Virus record (IMG/VR): IMGVR_UViG_2061766007_004178
Source: an uncultured virus (IMG/VR IMGVR_UViG_2061766007_004178)
Taxonomy: Duplodnaviria > Heunggongvirae > Uroviricota > Caudoviricetes
Length of the DNA stretch: 27,168 nt
Strand: one strand, 5' to 3'
The notes beneath the pieces are model-generated. The model ran no database searches, had not been told where the DNA came from, and saw nothing but the letters and a program-made list of their open reading frames with translations. Shown here in pieces: positions 10,591 to 18,962 of this stretch. Position numbers and translations under genes: made by a program. Each line of letters starts with the position of its first letter. The first letter of the stretch is position 1.

Positions 10591-11560
10591 CTAATCAATG
10601 AAGCTATAAAGGGCGTCAAACGCCTCTTTGATGTCTTTTTCGTATTCTTCTTTAGTTTTTTCACAGTCTTCTTCCAGCTCTTCACACAGCTTTCTCGCCA
10701 GAATATAAGCGGTACCGAATTCGGTGTTCACCTCAAAGTAGCCGCCTGGTTCTTCTTTAGTTCTCTTTATGCCTAAGCTGGCGACTTTGTTAGGCTTATG
10801 CGCAAGGCAGGTTTCCAGGAATTGCTGGCAGCTGTTGCGATCCGTAAAATAAAGCAAGCAGTCGTTATAGCCTTGCCCAGTCGTGAATTTAACAGGTAGT
10901 AGGGTAGTAGAGCTGTAGCCTTGTGGGCTGACGTGGATTCTAGGCTTGGTTGCTTTATTGCTGGATTGATTCGGATCAAATGTACCGTCGATTCAGAATA
11001 GGTAGCCTGANNNNNNNNNNNNNNNNNNNNNNNNNNNNNNNNNNNNNNNNNNNNNNNNNNNNNNNNNNNNNNNNNNNNNNNNNNNNNNNNNNNNNNNNNN
11101 NNNNNNNNNNNNNNNNNNNNTCGAATTCCCATAAAGCGGCTCCGAAAGCGGTCTTTTTGAAGAACTCAAGCTCCTGCGTCGTATGCGTCGACGCTGGCCA
11201 GAAAATCTCTGTCTTCGCGCATAGGCTGGCCAGAACGCGGGCGAGTTCGGCGATCTTGAAATAATAGCGGTCGTCGTCGCCGGCTGGATATGGATGCTTG
11301 TTGGCGTCGTATCAATAGCTGACGGTCGCNNNNNNNNNNNNNNNNNNNNNNNNNNNNNNNNNNNNNNNNNNNNNNNNCTTCAGTATATTGGCGTAAATCG
11401 CCTTGCATGCGGCGATGATATCGTCTTTTTTCGTCGGCTCTTTGATGTATTTGATATAGCCATCGATGATATCGCCGTTTTTGACCGCCGGGAAGAATAT
11501 CGTCTTCAGCCAAACCTTGGCTTTCCTGGCCTCAGATGCTGACAGTGAAGTGCTTGCCAT
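10591..11560 (-). CDS. Hypothetical protein, first gene of the AAA+/vWA operon; in-frame TGA at 11312-11314 and 10993-10995
   Basis: ATG 11560 with AAGGAG RBS; VSY*YDANKHP..ALWEF, then gap, then GYLF*IDGTF..CLLYFTDR..SFID-TAG. Confidence 0.65.
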
Positions 11561-11594
11561 TGAATGTCTCCTTAATTAATTTTCGAAAATCAAT

Positions 11595-11607
11595 TAATTT
11601 AGCAAAT
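11595..11607 (-). promoter_or_regulatory. Putative phage late promoter ATTTGCTAAATTA (copy 3)
   Basis: Exact repeat of the motif between the topA terminator and the RBS of 11560. Confidence 0.65.
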
Positions 11608-11614
11608 AAAAGAC

Positions 11615-11644
11615 AAATAAAAGACTACGCTTTAGCGTAGCCTT
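11615..11644 (-). terminator. Intrinsic terminator after topA
   Basis: AAGGCTACGC-TAAA-GCGTAGTCTT stem followed by TTATTT. Confidence 0.8.
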
Positions 11645-11648
11645 GCGT

Positions 11649-13863
11649 TTAATCTATATTGATTATGCCTCGGNNNNNNNNNNNNNNNNNNNNNNNNNNN
11701 NNNNNNNNNNNNNNNNNNNNNNNNNNNNNNNNNNNNNNNNNNNNNNNNNNNNNNNNNNNNNNNNNNNNNNNNNNNNNNNNNNNNNNNNNNNNNNNNNNNN
11801 NNNNNNNNNNNNNNNNNNNNNNNNNNNNNNNNNNNNNNNNNNNNNNNNNNNNNNNNNNNNNNNNNNNNNNNNNNNNNNNNNNNNNNNNNNNNNNNNNNNN
11901 NNNNNNNNNNNNNNNNNNNNNNNNNNNNNNNNNNNNNNNNNNNNNNNNNNNNNNNNNNNNNNNNNNNNNNNNNNNNNNNNNNNNNNNNNNNNNNNNNNNN
12001 NNNNNNNNNNNNNNNNNNNNNNNNNNNNNNNNNNNNNNNNNNNNNNNNNNNNNNNNNNNNNNNNNNNNNNNNNNNNNNNNNNNNNNNNNNNNNNNNNNNN
12101 NNNNNNNNNNNNNNNNNNNNNNNNNNNNNNNNNNNNNNNNNNNNNNNNNNNNNNNNNNNNNNNNNNNNNNNNNNNNNNNNNNNNNNNNNNNNNNNNNNNN
12201 NNNNNNNNNNNNNNNNNNNNNNNNNNNNNTGCAGGAATTCCGATTTGGTCTCTTTGCCGGACGCGATTTTGTCGAGGTCTTTCTCCATCTGATTGGTATA
12301 ATCGAGGTTGATGACGCCGCTGAACGCTCTGTCTAAGAAAGCCGCCAGCTGCATGCCTTTGTCCGTCGGGACGATGGTCTTGTCTTTAAGCTCGGCATAG
12401 CCGCGTTTCTGGCTCAATACTGTCTCGATGATGGTAGGCAGTGTGGCAGGCCTTCCGACGCCGGCCGCTTCGATCTTCTTCGATAAGGTCGCCTCGGTGT
12501 ATCTCGCAGGCGGNNNNNNNNNNNNNNNNNNNAGGTCGCAGTTCTTGAGCACTTCGCCTTTCTTGAAGGTCTCTTTGACCACGCCGTCGTCTTCTTGGTC
12601 GTCGTCTTTGTAGCTGTAGACCTCGCGATAGCCCAAGCTGGTTATCTCTTTCGACACAAGTATGAATTTCTCGCCATTGTTGTCGATGAGGTATTGGGTC
12701 TCTGAGATTTTGGCGTTAGGCAAAACCGATGCGATGGTCCTCTGCCATATGAGCTTGTACACTTTCTGGTTCAAGGTATTCGCGTCCAATTTATTATATG
12801 CTTCCGGGGTGAGACTTGGGTCGGTGACGCGCAAGCACTCATGGCCTTCTTGGGCGTTCTCCTGCTTTTTGCCGGTCCTAGGCTTCGTCCAAGCTGACTT
12901 TCCATACGTGCTTTCGACATAATCCTTCAGAACAGGGATAAATTCGGCCGCGATGCTGGTATCGTCCGTTCTTGTGTAGGTTATACGGCCGGATTCAAAT
13001 AGCTTCTGGGCGATGGCGGCAGCGTCTTTCGTCTTGAGATTGAGCTTGCTGTTCGCCTCTTGCTGGAACGTGCTTGTTATGAATGGCGGCTTCGGCGCCT
13101 CTTCTTTCTCTTTCTGCTTGACGGCCTCGATCACGAAATCGCCTGTGCAGTGCTTCTTTATCTTATCGACTTCTGCCTGCGACTTGAGATGGTCTACGTT
13201 GCCGATTTCGTTGTTTCCGGCGAATTTCGCCTTGAATTTGGTTTTGTTTTTAACGAAATTGACATATAGATCCCAATATTTCTCAGGGACGAAGTTCTGT
13301 ATCTCCCGCTCTCTGTCCGCGACTATCTTGAGGCCGACCGATTGGCAGCGGCCTACCGAAAGAGCCCCGACGTATGTCTTGGCGATCGGGCTAAGCCTGA
13401 AGCCGATCANNNNNNNNNNACCTGCGTCTACGAGATTTTCGTTGAGCGTTATAGGGTTTTCGATGGCCTTCACGACCGCTTTAGGCGTGATCTCATGCGT
13501 TACCGTCCTTCTGATTTTGCTCTTAGGTATGCCTAAGAACTTGATAAGGCTCCATGAGATGACCTCACCTTCTCGGTCAGGGTCGGACATGAGATAGACC
13601 AAATCGGCCGTTTTGACTGCGGCTTTCAGGTCTTGCACGGTCTTGTATTTATCGTCCGCAATCTGAAGGTTCAGCTCGAAATCTTTGCTTGGATTGATGC
13701 CTGAGTTGGCGTATGGCCCGCCGTTGGCGAGCTGCATTATGTGCCCGACGGATGCTTGCACGTTAGCTTGATATCCGGCTTTCCTCAGGTAGTCTCTGAT
13801 GTGGTCGCGCTTGGTCGGAGACTCGACGATTACAAGTATTTTCTTACTTTTCAAATCTTCCAT
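11649..13863 (-). CDS. topA: DNA topoisomerase I (type IA)
   Basis: IVESPTK, SVGHI, DPDREGE (TOPRIM), GRCQS, ITYTRTD (catalytic Tyr), AQEGHE, GVGRPAT; C-terminus in gap 11674-12229, probably ending RGIINID-TAA at 11649. Confidence 0.92.
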
Positions 13864-13881
13864 TCAAAATCTCCGTATAGA

Positions 13882-14028
13882 TTATTTTTTGACGTTGAGC
13901 TCTTTCTCCAAGATCTCGCGGATCAAAGCTGAGACGGTGACGTCTTTGTTGAACGCTTCGACCTTGAGGGCTTTGCGCAAATATTCTGGGATCTCAAGGC
14001 TGATGATTTTCTTTTCTTCTTTCTTCAT
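13882..14028 (-). CDS. Ribbon-helix-helix (CopG/Arc-like) DNA-binding protein, 48 aa
   Basis: IISLEIPEYLRKALKVEA..VTVSALIREIL pattern; GGAG RBS. Confidence 0.75.
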   Translation of the reverse strand: MKKEEKKIISLEIPEYLRKALKVEAFNKDVTVSALIREILEKELNVKK

Positions 14029-14038
14029 AGCTGTCTCC

Positions 14039-14290
14039 CTATCTTTTGTTCTTTGGGTTCTGCGGGTTCTTAGCCCACGCTTCATAGATGAAGGATACGA
14101 CCGAATTGCCCTTCGTCTTGACCATGCGGGTCGCGAAGTCTATCGTATCGTTCGTTTTCGGCCTGTAGATGCCTAATATCTTGCGGCTGCTGAATTCGAG
14201 CGCGTAGATATTGCCGTCGTCTCTCGTTTCGAGCATGCCGATGATGTTCTTAGTATCGAAGTCTCTGATGTATTCGACGTTAGTGGGCAT
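14039..14290 (-). CDS. Hypothetical protein (83 aa)
   Basis: Tightly packed ORF with GAGGA RBS. Confidence 0.65.
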   Translation of the reverse strand: MPTNVEYIRDFDTKNIIGMLETRDDGNIYALEFSSRKILGIYRPKTNDTIDFATRMVKTKGNSVVSFIYEAWAKNPQNPKNKR

Positions 14291-14292
14291 AG

Positions 14293-15043
14293 CTATTTCC
14301 TCTTCTTGTTAACGAATCTCATGCGCTGCGCCCTTTGGGCCAGCTTCTGGCTTTGGTCTGCGGCTCGGATCGCCAAAGCGGCTTTCGCCTGCGCTTTGAC
14401 CGATGGCGATTTGCCGACCACGTTGGCCTCTCCGTTGATTACCTTTTCGGTGAAGCGGAGGTTCTGGTACTGTTTGCTGAGGCTTTCGTCGGCGCCGATG
14501 GCTTTCTGCATCTCGGCCGACCTGGCCGCCATGATTTTCTTGTACATGTCGACGAGCTGCGCCATCTCTTCTTCGCTGGCGTCCCATAAGGAGCCGTCTT
14601 CGTCGATGTCGGTGACGACGCCCATGACGTCTGGGGTGACGCCGTCCAATAGCTGGGCATTCTGGTCGAACACCCTGGCGGCGATGCCTAGGAGCTTGTT
14701 CTCTTCGTACTGAAAGCCGTCGGTGTAATAGACTACGGTGATCTCGTCTGGGCGGCAGATGAGTATCTCTTTGCCGGGCATGCTTGAGCACGTCTCAGGC
14801 TGTATGTTGTAGTTGGATTTCTTGGTTATGACCGGGTTGATGAACGTCTTGACGCTGTCTTTGAACCTCATGCAGAATATGCGCTTATTGATCCCGAGCT
14901 GAGGCGCGGTGACGGCGACGGNNNNNNNNNNNNNNNNNNCCTTCAATTTGCCGATGATTTCCTCGCCTTCTTCCTTCTCAACGCCCTTTTCGGTGAGGAA
15001 TTCCAAAGGCTCGGCGGCTGATTTAAGCTGCTCTATATCGGTG
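14293..15043 (-). CDS. def: Peptide deformylase homologue lacking the catalytic HExxH, with C-terminal extension (start lies in gap)
   Basis: VAVTAPQLG..RIF..FINPVI, ETCSSMPG (cf. EGCLS), RP..I.V.Y, ARVFDQNAQLLDG (cf. ARxxQHExDHLDG). Confidence 0.8.
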
Positions 15044-15304
15044 NNNNNNNNNNNNNNNNNNNNNNNNNNNNNNNNNNNNNNNNNNNNNNNNNNNNNNNNN
15101 NNNNNNNNNNNNNNNNNNNNNNNNNNNNNNNNNNNNNNNNNNNNNNNNNNNNNNNNNNNNNNNNNNNNNNNNNNNNNNNNNNNNNNNNNNNNNNNNNNNN
15201 NNNNNNNNNNNNNNNNNNNNNNNNNNNNNNNNNNNNNNNNNNNNNNNNNNNNNNNNNNNNNNNNNNNNNNNNNNNNNNNNNNNNNNNNNNNNNNNNNNNN
15301 NNNN

Positions 15305-15586
15305 CGTGGCGTTGCGCCGTTCGAATTCGTCATGCAGCGCCTTATTGGCTCTGCCGTATTTGGCCTTCTTCGATTTTTTGTTCGGCATCTCAAGCAGGTA
15401 TAGGATATAGCCGACGCGATCGACGTTGTTCTGCACCGATGCGTTCATGTCCTTGACCTCAGTCAGCTTATCTTCCGTGATATAGCCGTTTCTGAGCGCT
15501 TCTTCAAAATCGGCGTAGTCTCTCGCGAGCTCGTCTTTCTGGGCGATCAGCTTCCAATAGTATTCTTTGACGTCTCTTATTGCCAT
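15305..15586 (-). CDS. Hypothetical helical protein (end lies in gap)
   Basis: MAIRDVKEYYWKL.. ORF starts 2 nt after the upstream TAA. Confidence 0.6.
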
Positions 15587-15588
15587 TA

Positions 15589-16008
15589 TTATGCGTCTCC
15601 TGTCTTCTCGTCGTTTATGGTGTATTCCAGCGTCGCAGCGAAATTGTAGTTCTGCGGCAGGTTCTCGAACGCCGCTTCTATCTCGATCGCAGCCGCCTCA
15701 TATATGAAGTGCATGCTGTCGTTCAGGAACATGTTTATCTCCCTGTTGACGCCTGCTTCTTTGTATCTGAATGACTTGACCGATAGGTCGAAGCCGCCTG
15801 GCAGCTCAGGGCATCCGTCCACAGGACCCCAGCTCAGAACGGTCGACTGGCCCATGACGGTCTTGATTATCATATAATAGTCAGCCGGTATCTTAAGGCC
15901 TTTGCCTACCGAGTAATAGCCGTGCGCCACTATCGCGCAGGTGCCTGGGTCCTCGACTTCCAAGGTCGCCGAGAACGACTTGACGCCGCTGTAGTCAAAC
16001 AGCGCCAT
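15589..16008 (-). CDS. Hypothetical protein (139 aa)
   Basis: TAATG-coupled to the upstream gene. Confidence 0.65.
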   Translation of the reverse strand: MALFDYSGVKSFSATLEVEDPGTCAIVAHGYYSVGKGLKIPADYYMIIKTVMGQSTVLSWGPVDGCPELPGGFDLSVKSFRYKEAGVNREINMFLNDSMHFIYEAAAIEIEAAFENLPQNYNFAATLEYTINDEKTGDA

Positions 16009-16310
16009 TATGCGGTCCTTTCGGCGATCTTGACGTAATACTTGCCTTCCACGAAATCCGCGAACAGGAAGATATCGTACGTGACCTCATCGACGTCTAT
16101 TTCGAAATAGTTCGTGATTTTGGTCGTAGCTTCGTTCGTGTTCTTGGCGAATTCCGGGTATTCGGTGTTGATCGCGTTTTTGTCGAGCTTGGTGTACATC
16201 CTGGCGTAATCGTTGCTGTCTTTAAGCTGGATCACGTAGAAATGGTCTTTATAGCTGCCGGTCTCGGTGATTCCGAGCTTGTTCAGGATCTCTTTGATGT
16301 TACTTATCAT
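16008..16310 (-). CDS. Hypothetical protein (100 aa)
   Basis: Overlapping coupled ORF with GGAGG RBS. Confidence 0.65.
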   Translation of the reverse strand: MISNIKEILNKLGITETGSYKDHFYVIQLKDSNDYARMYTKLDKNAINTEYPEFAKNTNEATTKITNYFEIDVDEVTYDIFLFADFVEGKYYVKIAERTA

Positions 16311-17151
16311 CTGTCTTGCCCTCCACGCCGTCGAGCGCGTCTATCACGTCTTTGCTGACGTTTTCGCTGCCTTTGATCTTGCTCATGAACTGCAATACGG
16401 CGCGTTTGACGCGGTCTCTGGACTCGCGGTCCATTTCCTCTGGCTTGTCGCCGCCGAGGTTGTTGTTCTGCTGGTTTATCTGAATGAACGGAGGCTTTTC
16501 CTCGACGCTCGCTTGCTTGCCGCCGCGCTCGATGATCTCCTGTATCAGCCTGATGGCCTGCATGAGCTCTGCATTCGAGATGTTATCTGGCCTGTCTTTG
16601 ACGCGGTTGAAAAGCTGCTTGACGAGCAGATCCTGCGTCTCGCTCAAGGTGTCTATCCTGACGAGCGTTTTCTTCGTCTGGTTGACGTTGAACAGATAAG
16701 TCAGGTCTTTCGCTTTGTCGAGGTCGTTCTCGGCTATGAGCTTGTTGAGGAGGTCTTTGGCCTCTTCGCTCAGGCTCGCCGTATCGATGGCGACGAGGGC
16801 GGACGTATCTTCGGCAGGCGAAGAAGCGGTTACGNNNNNNNNNNNNNNNNNNNNNNNNNNNNNNNNNNNNNNNNNNNNNNNNGATTCCAATGGGTCGGCG
16901 TCGCCGTTCAGACTGTCTTTAATGGCGGTCTTCAAGTCTTTGCTAGGGACGAATTTGCACTGCATGTCGATCAGATCGACGCTTAAGGTGCCGATTCCGA
17001 TGTTGATGATGACCGTCTGCTCACCGGCCGCTTTCGCGTCGCAGATGATGCTTCCGATGCAAAGATTGGCCTTCTGTATCAGCTCATTCGTGAGTTTGTT
17101 CGGAAGCTTGAGCAGCGTTCCGACGTCGTTTATAAGATTAGGTTGGTTCAT
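16300..17151 (-). CDS. Hypothetical protein(s); possibly two genes joined across gap 16835-16882
   Basis: Open frame on both sides of the gap; AAGGAG RBS before 17151. Confidence 0.55.
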   Translation of the reverse strand: MNQPNLINDVGTLLKLPNKLTNELIQKANLCIGSIICDAKAAGEQTVIINIGIGTLSVDLIDMQCKFVPSKDLKTAIKDSLNGDADPLEXXXXXXXXXXXXXXXXXVTASSPAEDTSALVAIDTASLSEEAKDLLNKLIAENDLDKAKDLTYLFNVNQTKKTLVRIDTLSETQDLLVKQLFNRVKDRPDNISNAELMQAIRLIQEIIERGGKQASVEEKPPFIQINQQNNNLGGDKPEEMDRESRDRVKRAVLQFMSKIKGSENVSKDVIDALDGVEGKTDDK

Positions 17152-17153
17152 GT

Positions 17154-17450
17154 TTATTCTCCTTGATCATGAGGAATCACAGGCTTTTGCTTAAGTCGCT
17201 CGATTTCGAGCCATCTGCGCATCACAGGCGGCATTGTGTCATAAAGGTATGTTATCATCGCTTGACGCTCCGTGTAGACAAGCGAAGGGCCGCTGGTATC
17301 GCCGTTAAAATAATCCATAAGCTTACCGAACGCCTGATTAATCGTATAAGCTTCTGTGTCTATGCCAGAAAGATGCTTGGCGCATTTGCTGATACCTTCT
17401 CTGTCTTCTTTTGGGCTGCATTCTTCTTTTGGGTTGCATTCAGTTTGCAT
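17154..17450 (-). CDS. Hypothetical protein (98 aa)
   Basis: AGGAG RBS; packed between neighbours. Confidence 0.6.
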   Translation of the reverse strand: MQTECNPKEECSPKEDREGISKCAKHLSGIDTEAYTINQAFGKLMDYFNGDTSGPSLVYTERQAMITYLYDTMPPVMRRWLEIERLKQKPVIPHDQGE

Positions 17451-17463
17451 TTTTCGAAATCTC

Positions 17464-17691
17464 CTAATTGTCTATTCTTTTCAGCAGCGCGATCGGGTCT
17501 TCGTTCTCGAGCTGCCAGGCGCTGTTTTGCACCTCAGTCACGTAGGCGAGCAACGATCTGTCTAGCTTATGCGTGATGCAGTGCGCCATGATCTGATACG
17601 GTTCGAACGTGTGCGAGAACAGCTCTTTCACGAACTTGACCCTCGTCTCGAACGTTCGCTCGCCGAGTGGGAATTTATCTGTAGTCGCCAT
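17464..17691 (-). CDS. Hypothetical protein (75 aa)
   Basis: MATTDKFP.. start with AAGGA RBS. Confidence 0.55.
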   Translation of the reverse strand: MATTDKFPLGERTFETRVKFVKELFSHTFEPYQIMAHCITHKLDRSLLAYVTEVQNSAWQLENEDPIALLKRIDN

Positions 17692-18079
17692 GTTTGATCT
17701 GTTCCTTGTCGATATTGTACTGACGCATGATAGGTATGATCTTGAGATACAAATCGGTGGCTTTGTCCAATTGCTTCGGGGTGACGTCCTCAAGTTTGCC
17801 TTGAGCGTCGACCAAGGTCATGCCGTCTATATTGATGTATTGATATAAGAGCAATGCATTCGCCATGGTCGCGAATTCCTCGGCGCTTGGAACTTTGAGC
17901 GTCCTGCCTTCGAAATAGGTGAACAGCCTCGTGAGGTTGGCGCCGTCGAGCAGATAGCATAATTCGCTCAATGAGGCGTATTCTGGGATATCCTGTATTT
18001 TGTAGATTATGAACAGCATCAGCGAATATATGTCCGACAGATGCAGGTTGTTCAGGTGCGCTTTAACGCTAGTCTTCAT
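17675..18079 (-). CDS. Putative Mor/C-like transcription regulator
   Basis: LCYLLDGANLTRLFTYFEGRTLKVPS resembles the Mor-family L..l...FGG..lYiP motif; GGAGGAG RBS. Confidence 0.45.
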   Translation of the reverse strand: MKTSVKAHLNNLHLSDIYSLMLFIIYKIQDIPEYASLSELCYLLDGANLTRLFTYFEGRTLKVPSAEEFATMANALLLYQYINIDGMTLVDAQGKLEDVTPKQLDKATDLYLKIIPIMRQYNIDKEQIKHGDYR

Positions 18080-18887
18080 AAGCGTCTCTCTCCTCCGTCG
18101 TGTTCTGGAGCATTTTGTCGAGCACGCCATCATCGATGTTCGTGGCTTGATAGCAGTCCATTATCTCGTTTTTGATTTCTGAGTAGAATTCCTTCAGCAA
18201 TATCCTGACGTATCCGGACATCGATTTAGGGAGCTTCCACAGCATCAGCGTCGGCAAGTCTGAATCGAGCTTCTTCTTCATCTTCAGCGAATTGGCCGCG
18301 TTGAGCAATAACGATATCTTAAGCTTTTTGTAGTCGACCGACCTTGGGCTGAACGGCGATTTCTTGAGCACCTCATCGGCGAGGTCTCCTATGTTCTCGA
18401 AAGACGCCGTGATGTATGTCTTGAAATCCTCGTTCACGCCGAGCGTCGCCCTGACGCTTTCCCTAAGCTGCTCTCTGAACGTCCATGAATCGAATTTCTT
18501 GGACGTGAACTGCTCGTCGAGTATCTCTCTGAAGGTCTCGTTCTGGTATTCGATTTTCATCGGATACAATAAGGCTTTCATGTAATTGAGGCACGATTTG
18601 ATAGGCCTGATTTCTTTGCCTTTGATGGTCTTGCCTTGGTTCCATTGATTTTTCCTCAAAGCGAAGAACAATCTGTTGGCCGCATAGAAAGCATATGGGT
18701 CATAGTCCTGGAAGTTGTTGAACATGCATTTCTTGATGGCCAATGCCTTAACAACCAATCACAGATAATTGTAGACCGTGTTTTCTATTTCGGGGTATTG
18801 CCCAGGCTCGGCAATCTTAGGAATGTTCTGGTCGATGTAAATACACAGGTCTGTGTATTTCTTCGCCGGGTCCTTTTTCCATTGCAT
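18069..18887 (-). CDS. Hypothetical protein (272 aa), possible divergent sigma factor (gp55-like); in-frame TGA at 18759-18761
   Basis: ATG 18887 with GAAAGG RBS reads MQWKKDP..VYNYL*LVVKALAIKK into ORF 18069..18758; region-2-like spacing; next to gp46/47-like genes. Confidence 0.55.
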
Positions 18888-18911
18888 ATGTGTAATACCT
18901 TTCTATAGTTG

Positions 18912-18929
18912 TTTTATTATACAATAAAA
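18912..18929 (-). promoter_or_regulatory. TATAAT -10 element inside an inverted repeat
   Basis: TTTTATTGTATAATAAAA upstream of ATG 18887; the -35 region is in an N gap. Confidence 0.55.
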
Positions 18930-18962
18930 GGCNNNNNNNNNNNNNNNNNNNNNNNNNNNNNN

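Noticed and set aside
11632..12336. Long ORFs spanning the large N gaps (also 15023-15403 and 21516-22717)
   Set aside because: They are open only because of Ns. The 21768-22446 gap hides the HD/sbcD boundary, so the 327-aa ORF is chimeric.
1871..18761. Selenocysteine or pseudogenisation as the explanation for in-frame TGA
   Set aside because: The contexts are not redox motifs, no consistent SECIS-like hairpin was evident, all interruptions are the same codon, and TGA never serves as a true stop.
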